From NCBI GenBank assembly GCA_003221075.1, contig QHUF01000239.1, positions 1-36,121 of the forward strand: 36,121 nucleotides of DNA, read 5' to 3'. The position numbers and the translations under genes were made by a program. The DNA is from Gemmatimonadota bacterium (GTDB taxonomy: Bacteria; Gemmatimonadota; Gemmatimonadetes; Gemmatimonadales; GWC2-71-9). Of the stretch, positions 1 to 6,857 are shown one piece after another. How positions within the stretch are numbered: position 1 is the first letter of the stretch; every line of letters starts with the position of its first letter. The notes under the pieces were generated by a model. It did no database searches and was not told the origin of the DNA. It was given only the letters and a program-made list of their open reading frames with translations.

Positions 1-31
1 AAACAAAAGGGGTTCGTCGAAGTGTCGAACT
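1..31 (-). terminator. Weak candidate intrinsic terminator downstream of the FHA-protease gene
   Basis: On the minus strand the stop at 54-56 is followed by a short hairpin (GTTCG..CGAAC, only 5 bp) and then CCCCTTTTGTTT. That T-tract is conspicuous in this GC-rich DNA. The stem is weak and the element touches the window edge. Confidence 0.25.
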
Positions 32-53
32 ACGTGCGCCAACTGTAGGAGGA

Positions 54-1430
54 TCAGCGCATGAGGTTCAGACTCTTCAGATAATCCGCGACGACGTAGG
101 CCGGCACCGCATAGATGATCTTCCCCTGCGACTCCCGCTCACCGCCATACAGCATCGCGATCACTTTCCCATCGCGATCGAAGATCGGACTCCCCGAGGA
201 CCCCGGCGCGCCGTACGCGTCCACCTGGATGACCGCGGTCAGCGCCTTGCTCACCGTGCCCACCGTGAGCGTCGGCTCCGCGATCGGTTGTCCACCCTGC
301 GATTCCATCGGGAGATCGAACCCCAGAGGATAGCCGAGGATCGCGACGGGATCGCCGCGCTCGAGGCCCTCACGGGTGCGCGCGAGTCCAGCGACTCGCG
401 GCGTTGCTTCTTTCATCGACACGTGGAACACGCCGACGTCCGACTCCGGCGATACCCCGACCATCTCGGCGCGCCAGAACTGCGTACTCCCGGAGAAAAT
501 CACGCCCAGCCGGCGCGGCGTCTTGGTGCCGTCGTCGCCCACCAGGATGTGCTTGTTCGTCACCATCGTGCCCGCCGAGTCCAAGGCGAACGCGGTGCCG
601 CTGAACCGCTCGCCGTCGGTATACTCGACCAGCACGATGGCCACCGCGTCCTGGTTGCGGTGCGAGATCGCCCGGTAATCGACGCCGCCCAACGCACGCC
701 GCCGCCGCTCAACCGCTGCCAACTCCATGCGCAGGCGCGCCACGGCGGCCGAATCCCCGCCCGAGGTCTCCAGCGCCCGGCGCAGGCGAGCGGTTTCTTG
801 CTGGGCGGCATTCAGGGCATCGCGAACCCCCTGCAGCTCCGTCTGGAAGTGCAGGGTCATCGTCTGCGATTCGCGCGCCCGCCGCCGGCCATCGATTTGA
901 ATCCAGGTGAAGCCGGTACCCACGATCAGCAGCAGCGCAATGAGCACCTTGGTCGTGCGGCGCAGCTGCGCCGTCTGCCGTGCGACCTCGGCCCTGATGC
1001 GCACGCCGGTACTGGCCCGCGGCGCCGTCGGCCGTTGTGCCGCGGGAATCACTTCTCGCGGCGACGATGCGCGCTCCGCGAGACCCTCCGCGGCGGCCGT
1101 CGCCGGGAGATCGGCATCGATTTCGATGACTGCGAACTCGAGCGCCGGCCCGTTTGCGCCGAACCCGATCACGTCGCCATCGCGGAGGAGCGTGTCGCCG
1201 GTGACGCGCTGCCCGTTCACGAACGTACCGTTGCGGCTCCCCAGATCCTGGAGGACGAACCCTTCGGTCTTGCGCACGATCGCCGCGTGCCGTGACGAGA
1301 CGTCGAGGTCACGCTCGGCGTCGAAGCGCACGTCCGACAACGGGTGGCGGCCAAGGCCGATGTAACCCTTGCGGAAGGCTTCGATCTGCCCCGCGCGGGC
1401 TCCGGAGAGAAACTTGAACTGTGCTTTCAC
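54..1430 (-). CDS. FHA domain / single TM / coiled-coil / trypsin-like (S1, HtrA-like) serine protease fusion protein
   Basis: 458-aa ORF with a GTG start that overlaps the PP2C stop (GTGA). The N-terminal FHA signature is GRHPLSDVRF..SSRHAAI..LQDLGSRNGTFVNG. One hydrophobic helix is present (VLIALLLIVGTGFTWIQI), followed by an R/A/Q/E-rich helical stretch. The C-terminal protease fold has candidate triad contexts VTNKHIL, PESDVGVFHV and GAPGSSGSPIF. Confidence 0.8.
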   Translation of the reverse strand: MKAQFKFLSGARAGQIEAFRKGYIGLGRHPLSDVRFDAERDLDVSSRHAAIVRKTEGFVLQDLGSRNGTFVNGQRVTGDTLLRDGDVIGFGANGPALEFAVIEIDADLPATAAAEGLAERASSPREVIPAAQRPTAPRASTGVRIRAEVARQTAQLRRTTKVLIALLLIVGTGFTWIQIDGRRRARESQTMTLHFQTELQGVRDALNAAQQETARLRRALETSGGDSAAVARLRMELAAVERRRRALGGVDYRAISHRNQDAVAIVLVEYTDGERFSGTAFALDSAGTMVTNKHILVGDDGTKTPRRLGVIFSGSTQFWRAEMVGVSPESDVGVFHVSMKEATPRVAGLARTREGLERGDPVAILGYPLGFDLPMESQGGQPIAEPTLTVGTVSKALTAVIQVDAYGAPGSSGSPIFDRDGKVIAMLYGGERESQGKIIYAVPAYVVADYLKSLNLMR

Positions 1431-2461
1431 TGATTCCGGGTGAAGTACCAGACGAGCAGGGCGGCGACGGCGATCACTGCGAGGACCATCGTCCGCGTCT
1501 GTTTGCGAGTTTCCTTGTTGGGCACCGGCGGCCGGCTGCCTTTGTAGACCGGCACCGGCTCCGTGCTGGTCTCGGTGTCGATCAGCGGGTACACCTGGTG
1601 GCCGACGTCCTCCTGCTGCGTGCCGTCCGACACGCGCAAGCCGTCGCCGTCGAAGCGCGCTACGACCACGGTGATGTTGTCCGGCCCGCCGCGCTCGTTC
1701 GCCAGCGCGATCAACTGGTCGCAGATTGCGCTCAGCTCTGGAGTCTTGCTCACGATCTCGGCGATCTCTTCCTTCTTTACCTGGCCCGACAGCCCATCGG
1801 AGCAGAGCACCAGCACGTCGCCGCGCCGCACCTCCTGGTGCGTGAGATCGACCTTGACCTTCGGATCGGGGCCGAGCGCCTGGAGGATGATGTTGCGGCG
1901 TTCGCTCTGTGCGGCTTCTTCTTCCGTCAGCTCGCCCGCTTCCACCAGGCGCTGCATCAGCGACTGATCCTTGGTGATCTGGTGCGCCTCGCCGCCGCGA
2001 ATCAGATACGCACGACTGTCGCCCACCTGAGTGAGATAGAGGTGATCGTTCAAGACCCCCGCGGCCGTCGTAGTCGTGCCCATGCCGCGCACTTCAGGGT
2101 GCGCCTTCGCGTGGGCGTGAATGCTCGCGTTGGCGACTTCGACCGCTTCCTTGAGCCGGTACGCAAAGCGCTGCGGTGTCACCTCGTTCTCGGCATTCCA
2201 CGTCTTGAGGAGGTGCGCGTAGATCGTGTCGGTGGCCATCTCGCTCGCGAGCTCGCCGGCCGCCGCGCCGCCCATACCGTCGGCGACGACCAGGAGGGTA
2301 CCGCGCGGGCCGATATCGTGCTGCCGCACGTCCGGCTGCAGCGAGGCCGCCTTGCGCGTCAGATCGGCGACCAGGAAGCGATCCTCGTTGTGGTCGCGCG
2401 TGCGACCCAGATCGGTCTTGCCGAAGACCGCGATGCGGACGGGCTTGGAGCGTCCGAACAT
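1427..2461 (-). CDS. PP2C-family Ser/Thr protein phosphatase with C-terminal TM anchor
   Basis: Motifs seen: RDHNEDRF, VADGMGG, LCSDGL, GGPDNITVVV. The C-terminal helix is MVLAVIAVAALLVWYF. I place the start at the internal ATG (MFGRSKPVRIAVFGKTDLG, codon 2459-2461) rather than the ORF-track ATG at 2554, because PP2C proteins normally begin just before the DxG..NED motif. Confidence 0.85.
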   Translation of the reverse strand: MFGRSKPVRIAVFGKTDLGRTRDHNEDRFLVADLTRKAASLQPDVRQHDIGPRGTLLVVADGMGGAAAGELASEMATDTIYAHLLKTWNAENEVTPQRFAYRLKEAVEVANASIHAHAKAHPEVRGMGTTTTAAGVLNDHLYLTQVGDSRAYLIRGGEAHQITKDQSLMQRLVEAGELTEEEAAQSERRNIILQALGPDPKVKVDLTHQEVRRGDVLVLCSDGLSGQVKKEEIAEIVSKTPELSAICDQLIALANERGGPDNITVVVARFDGDGLRVSDGTQQEDVGHQVYPLIDTETSTEPVPVYKGSRPPVPNKETRKQTRTMVLAVIAVAALLVWYFTRNQ

Positions 2462-2490
2462 TGGCGTCAAGATCCGCAGGCTTGATCGCG

Positions 2491-2503
2491 TTTGAACTTC
2501 AAA
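2491..2503. promoter_or_regulatory. Perfect AT-rich palindrome TTTGAA-C-TTCAAA, about 30 nt upstream of the PP2C start
   Basis: The 6+1+6 inverted repeat was read directly. It sits inside the only sizeable gap (2462-2641) of an otherwise overlapping operon, and it is unusually AT-rich for this DNA. Confidence 0.35.
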
Positions 2504-2641
2504 TACACCTCGTTCTGGGCCTTCAGGCGGAGCGCACGCGCGTTCCAAGCGCACGCTTGATCGGTGCGTGACTCCACAAAGAATGCCTGGGCCACCATGA
2601 AGGCAGCTTGCGCGCGCAACGTTGCGGGAGCCCGCTCGTCG

Positions 2642-3883
2642 TCATAAACCGCCGTCGCTTGAATGCGTCCTGTCCCCGCGCTCTTTGCGATTGCCGGGCT
2701 TCGACGCCGTGTCGTGCGCCACGGCGCGGGAGCTGTCCGCTGGATTGGGGCCCGCCTTGCTCCCGCCGTTGAGCGCCACCCAGGCACCGCCCCCGGCGAG
2801 GACCACCACGACGCCGGCGACGATGGGGATGAGCGACCGCTTCGCCTTCTTCGCCGAAATGCGCTGCGTGGCTCCGGCGGTCATATCGAGCAGCTGCGTC
2901 TTCTCTTGAGTAGCCGGAACGGCGCCGGCGGTCGGCCGGCCGGTGACGGCGGTGATGTCGGCCGCGAACTTCGCCACGCTCTGGTAGCGCTCCATCGGCG
3001 TGCGAGCGAGCGCGGTATCGAGGACCGGCTGTAACCCGGCAGGGAACGACAGATCGGGCCGAGCCTCGGCGAGCGTCGTGGGCTCGTCGGTCAGCCGCTT
3101 GATCATCGTCTCCTGCACGCTGGTCGCCTCGAACGGCAGCTTGCCGATCAGCATGCGGTAAAACACCAGCGCGAGGGAATAGAGGTCGCTGCGGCCGTCG
3201 AGGGTGTCGCCCGACAGCTGTTCGGGACTCATGAACTCGGGCGTCCCCACGACCAGGCCGGTCTTGGTGACCTTCTGGCCCGCCTGGTCACCGCCCACGG
3301 CCTTGGCGATTCCGAAATCCACCACCTTCACGGTCTCGCCGCCGTCCTTCCGCCTGCTCAACATGATGTTGTCCGGCTTCAAATCGCGATGCACGATGCC
3401 GAGATCGTGGGCGGCCTGGAGCGCGTCCGCAGTTTGCAGGAAGATCGCGGTTGCGCGCGGCACCGGGAGCGCACCCTCGCGCTCGAGCAGATCGGTCAGC
3501 GGCTCGCCCTCGATGAACTCCATCGCGAGATAGATCAAGCCGTCGGGTGTCTCACCGAAGTCGTAAACCGCACAGACGTTGGGATGGGTGATGCGGCTGG
3601 CGTTCGACGCCTCGCGATTGAAGCGTGCCACGGCGTCGGGATCGTGCACCATCGATGGATTCATCACCTTGATAGCGCTGCGCCGGCCCATCTTCACGTG
3701 CTCGGCGAGGTAGACCTGACCCATGCCGCCCTCACCGAGCTTCTTCACGACGTGGTAGCGGTCGGCGACGACCTGCCCCACGAGATCGCTCGCCGGCGCG
3801 GTGGATCGCAGCGTCTGCCCGTCGTTGGGGCAGAACTTCACGTCATCGGCGTATTCGGTGGAGCAGACCGGGCAGATCTTCAT
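2642..3883 (-). CDS. Ser/Thr protein kinase (Hanks type) with N-terminal zinc ribbon and C-terminal TM helix
   Basis: The N-terminus is MKICPVCSTEYADDVKFCPNDG. Kinase motifs seen: GEGGMGQVY, AIK, HRDLKPDNIML, DFGIAK, GTPEFMSPEQ. The TM helix IPIVAGVVVVLAGGGAWVAL is followed by only a short tail. The start overlaps the upstream gene stop (ATGA). Confidence 0.9.
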   Translation of the reverse strand: MKICPVCSTEYADDVKFCPNDGQTLRSTAPASDLVGQVVADRYHVVKKLGEGGMGQVYLAEHVKMGRRSAIKVMNPSMVHDPDAVARFNREASNASRITHPNVCAVYDFGETPDGLIYLAMEFIEGEPLTDLLEREGALPVPRATAIFLQTADALQAAHDLGIVHRDLKPDNIMLSRRKDGGETVKVVDFGIAKAVGGDQAGQKVTKTGLVVGTPEFMSPEQLSGDTLDGRSDLYSLALVFYRMLIGKLPFEATSVQETMIKRLTDEPTTLAEARPDLSFPAGLQPVLDTALARTPMERYQSVAKFAADITAVTGRPTAGAVPATQEKTQLLDMTAGATQRISAKKAKRSLIPIVAGVVVVLAGGGAWVALNGGSKAGPNPADSSRAVAHDTASKPGNRKERGDRTHSSDGGL

Positions 3884-4860
3884 TCCGGAATCGGCCCTCC
3901 GCCTCCCGCGTCGCCGCCGGGCAGCTCGACGCGCAGCAGCTTGTCGCCGACCATGATGCGCGAGCCGTGCCGGAGCGCCATGGCGCCGCGGGCGGCGATC
4001 GCGACGCCGTTGCGGCTGTGATCGTCCACCAGCACGAAGTCCGCGTCCTCAGAGCGCACGGTCGCGTGCTGCGCGCTCATCGAGGGGTCATAGGGGAAAA
4101 TCCAGTCGCCGCGCTCGCGTCCGATGTGCACGTCGCGTCCCGGCGACAACTGGATGACGTCGCGGGAGCTGCCGTCCGTGCGGAGCTGGGTGAGGCTGGC
4201 GATATCGGCGCTCGGCGTCATGCTGCCCATGCGCTTCGTGGCGTCCGCCTCCGCATGGTGGGGACCGGGGTAACCGAGGCGGCGGAAACGCAGAATCTGT
4301 GAGCCGATGAGGATCAGGTCACCATCCGTCAGGCGGCAGGGTCCTTCGAGGAAGACCCAGGTGCCGTTGCGGCTCCCGAGGTCGCGCACGTCGAGCTGCC
4401 CGTCTTCCCACGAGAGCTTGGCATGCAGGGGCGAAAGGAACTGATCTTCGGCGAACCGGATATCTCCCTCGGTCCGGCCGATGGTCGTGAACATGTGTTT
4501 GCGCTCGAATCGCGCCACTTCAGTGGCCATCTCGGAAACCAGAACCAATGTCAGGGAGTGTTCGGAGCGTCTATCGGGGATCAGGCGTCGGTCGAGTACG
4601 CCCCCGCCCCCCCCGGTCCCTCCCCCTGCAGTGCCGTGCGAGGTCACCATCGATCCGCACAGTGGACAGGGAGCATCCGCCGGCGCACCGCCCGGGGATG
4701 GAGGCCCGCTCGTGCGGGAGACGACACCGCCGCCACCGCCGCCTGCCGCGACCGCGGCCCGCGCGGCTGCGGCTTGGGTCAGCGGCTTTCCGCAGTCGGA
4801 GCAGAATTGCGCGCCGGCTTCGTTTTGCCGGCCGCAATACTGGCAAGCGCTCAGTGCCAT
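3880..4860 (-). CDS. Zinc-ribbon protein with two FHA domains
   Basis: The N-terminal ribbon is CQYCGRQNEAGAQFCSDCG, and a second Cys pair (CPLCGS) is also present. It is followed by a Gly-rich linker and two FHA signatures: IGRTEGDIRF..SPLHAKL..VRDLGSRNGTWV and IGRERGDWIF..SAQHATV..DDHSRNGV. Confidence 0.85.
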   Translation of the reverse strand: MALSACQYCGRQNEAGAQFCSDCGKPLTQAAAARAAVAAGGGGGGVVSRTSGPPSPGGAPADAPCPLCGSMVTSHGTAGGGTGGGGGVLDRRLIPDRRSEHSLTLVLVSEMATEVARFERKHMFTTIGRTEGDIRFAEDQFLSPLHAKLSWEDGQLDVRDLGSRNGTWVFLEGPCRLTDGDLILIGSQILRFRRLGYPGPHHAEADATKRMGSMTPSADIASLTQLRTDGSSRDVIQLSPGRDVHIGRERGDWIFPYDPSMSAQHATVRSEDADFVLVDDHSRNGVAIAARGAMALRHGSRIMVGDKLLRVELPGGDAGGGGPIPE

Positions 4861-4905
4861 AAAGTAAGGTGGCCCAATCTATTGCTCGCCGCTAGCTTGC
4901 GCCAC

Positions 4906-6768
4906 ATGCGACTCATCGGTGCCGCGCTCTTCGTCGCTGCGACGGGGGCGGCTGGGGGCGGCTGCGCGTCCTCCGCCACGCGTCATCCCGCCTCCGTCTC
5001 AGCTTCACACGAGCCACTGCACATCACGATCGTCTATCCCGACACCGCCGACCCGATTCAGGCGCAGGATTCGTCGTTCCTCTTCGGCAGTGTCGGCCGG
5101 GGGCGCGGCGATGTCGCGTTGTCGGTCAACGGATTCCCCGTCCGCGTGTCGGCGGCTGGCACCTGGCTCGCATGGATCCCGCTGCCGAGCGACTCACTGG
5201 CGCGATTTCAGATCGTGGCGCGCGCCGCTGCGGGCCCCGAGCAGCAGGAGACCACATTCGTCGCGCGCATCGCGCAATCGTACCGCCCGCCGGCGGGCGC
5301 TACCGTCTGGATCGACACGACGAGTTTCACCCCGACCGACACGCTCGCGTTTCCCGCGGGGGAGGGCATTCACCTCTCGGTTCGTGCCACGCCTGGTGCG
5401 CAGGTGCGGCTCCGCATGGAAGGAAAACGCACGCAGGTGTGGTTCGTGCCCGACACGCTGCCGGGAGAGCCGGCATGGGGGATCCGCGCATTCGGCACCG
5501 ATACCGCCTCCTACCGCCTCCCTCCCGCCGCTGACCGTTATGTCGCATGGCTGCCCGCCGAACCGCTGTGTGACGCGATCGTCGAGGTAATCGTCGGGAC
5601 CGATACCGCCCGTGCCGTCTGGCCGCTGGTGTTGGACACGCTGGATCGTGCGCACCCCGCGGTGATCGTGCTGAACGATGACACCGCGCATACCGGGAAG
5701 AGCGACAGCCTGACGGTGGGAAAAGCCGTGCCTTACGGCACCTACAACTGGTTTTTCCCGCTGGGCACGATCGCGGTAGCTACGGCTCGCTGGGGCAGCC
5801 AAACTCGGCTGCAGCTGTCGCGTGGCGCCGTGGCGTGGGTGAACAACGCGGATGTGGTGGCGCTCGCGCCGGGGACGCCGCCGCCCGGCGGCATCGTGGA
5901 GTCGGTCCGCCTGGTGCCCGGCCCACGCTCGCTCGTGCTACGCGTGCCGCTGCCCACGCACGTTCCGTTCAAGGTGGAAGAAGAGGAAAAGAACCTCACG
6001 CTGCGGCTGTACGGCGTGGCCTCCGATGTGAATTGGATGCAGTACGGCGGAACCGATCCGTACGTGACTCGCATGAGCTACGCGCAGCCGGCGGCCGACG
6101 AGGTGACGCTCACGCTCGCACTGGCGGGGCCGGTGTGGGGTTATCGCACGCGCTGGAGCGGGCGTGACCTGCTGCTCGAGATTCGCCGGCCACCGGTGAT
6201 CGATCCGCGGCGCCCGCTCGCCGGGCGGACGATCGTGCTGGACCCTGGTCATCCCCCGGTCGGCGCGCACGGGCCATCCGGCTTGTGGGAGCCCGTCGCG
6301 ACCCTCGCCGTGGCGCAGCAGGCCAAGGCGCTGCTCGAGCGGGCGGGCGCAACGGTGTTGTTGACGCGCACCGACTCGAATCCGGTGGACTTGTTCCCGC
6401 GTACGCGCTTCGCCGAAGAGCACGATGCTGACGTGCTCGTCTCGATCCACGCGAACGCGCTGCCCGACGGTGTGAATCCGTTCACCAATAACGGCACCAG
6501 CGTCTATTACTTCCATCCGCGCAGCGCCGCCCTGGCGCGCGCCCTCGATCGTGCGCTTGTTGTGGAGCTAGGGGTTAGGGATTTGGGAATGGGACGCGGT
6601 GATTACGCACTCGTGCGCAATCCGTGGTTCCCCTCGGCGCTTACCGAGGGAATGTTCATGATGATCCCGGAGCAGGAGGCGATGTTGGCCAGCCCCGAGG
6701 GACGCCTGCGGTACGCAAGAGGCGTGGCGCGGGGCATTGAGGAGTTCTTGAGGGGGATGGCGCGCTGA
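4906..6768 (+). CDS. N-acetylmuramoyl-L-alanine amidase (Amidase_3 / AmiC-like) lipoprotein with a long N-terminal region of unknown function
   Basis: The start is taken at ATG 4906 (MRLIGAALFVAATGAAGGGCAS, a signal peptide with a lipobox-like Cys). The ORF-track extension to 4423 would overlap the divergent gene. The C-terminal ~200 aa match the Amidase_3 pattern (IVLDPGH..., VLVSIHANA, TEGMFMMIPEQE). Confidence 0.8.
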   Translation: MRLIGAALFVAATGAAGGGCASSATRHPASVSASHEPLHITIVYPDTADPIQAQDSSFLFGSVGRGRGDVALSVNGFPVRVSAAGTWLAWIPLPSDSLARFQIVARAAAGPEQQETTFVARIAQSYRPPAGATVWIDTTSFTPTDTLAFPAGEGIHLSVRATPGAQVRLRMEGKRTQVWFVPDTLPGEPAWGIRAFGTDTASYRLPPAADRYVAWLPAEPLCDAIVEVIVGTDTARAVWPLVLDTLDRAHPAVIVLNDDTAHTGKSDSLTVGKAVPYGTYNWFFPLGTIAVATARWGSQTRLQLSRGAVAWVNNADVVALAPGTPPPGGIVESVRLVPGPRSLVLRVPLPTHVPFKVEEEEKNLTLRLYGVASDVNWMQYGGTDPYVTRMSYAQPAADEVTLTLALAGPVWGYRTRWSGRDLLLEIRRPPVIDPRRPLAGRTIVLDPGHPPVGAHGPSGLWEPVATLAVAQQAKALLERAGATVLLTRTDSNPVDLFPRTRFAEEHDADVLVSIHANALPDGVNPFTNNGTSVYYFHPRSAALARALDRALVVELGVRDLGMGRGDYALVRNPWFPSALTEGMFMMIPEQEAMLASPEGRLRYARGVARGIEEFLRGMAR

Positions 6769-6857
6769 GAATGCGGAACTCGGAAGTCGGAACGCGGAAC
6801 AGGCACGTTAGCCTCGTGTCATTGTTCCGCGTTCCACGTTCCGCGTTCCACGTTCTC
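6767..6857. repeat. 91-nt hairpin-forming inverted repeat whose 35-nt arms are four tandem heptamers (CGGAAC+N)
   Basis: The left arm (6767-6801) is GAGAATG CGGAACT CGGAAGT CGGAACG CGGAACA. The right arm (6823-6857) is TGTTCCG CGTTCCA CGTTCCG CGTTCCA CGTTCTC. The arms match at 29/35 positions; the six mismatches comprise three G:U wobbles and three non-pairing mismatches, and the loop is 21 nt. The element starts inside the amidase stop codon and covers both candidate starts of the next gene. Confidence 0.9.

Noticed and set aside
2467-2598. 43-codon minus-strand ORF (MVAQAFFVESRTDQACAW...) in the kinase-PP2C gap, stopping 5 nt before the PP2C ATG.
   Set aside because: It has no Shine-Dalgarno-like sequence upstream and a third-position GC of only ~70%. 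It has no recognisable motif. I kept it as a possibility inside the gap finding, not as a feature.
4423-4905. 5' extensions of ORF-track frames beyond the starts I chose (4423-4905, 19078-19182, 21217-21711, 29362-30126, 31233-31364, 31975-32178, 15773-15832, 2462-2554).
   Set aside because: The extensions overlap neighbouring well-supported genes or have low-complexity Arg/Pro-rich translations. Family-typical N-termini, signal peptides or RBS/overlap signals mark the downstream starts.
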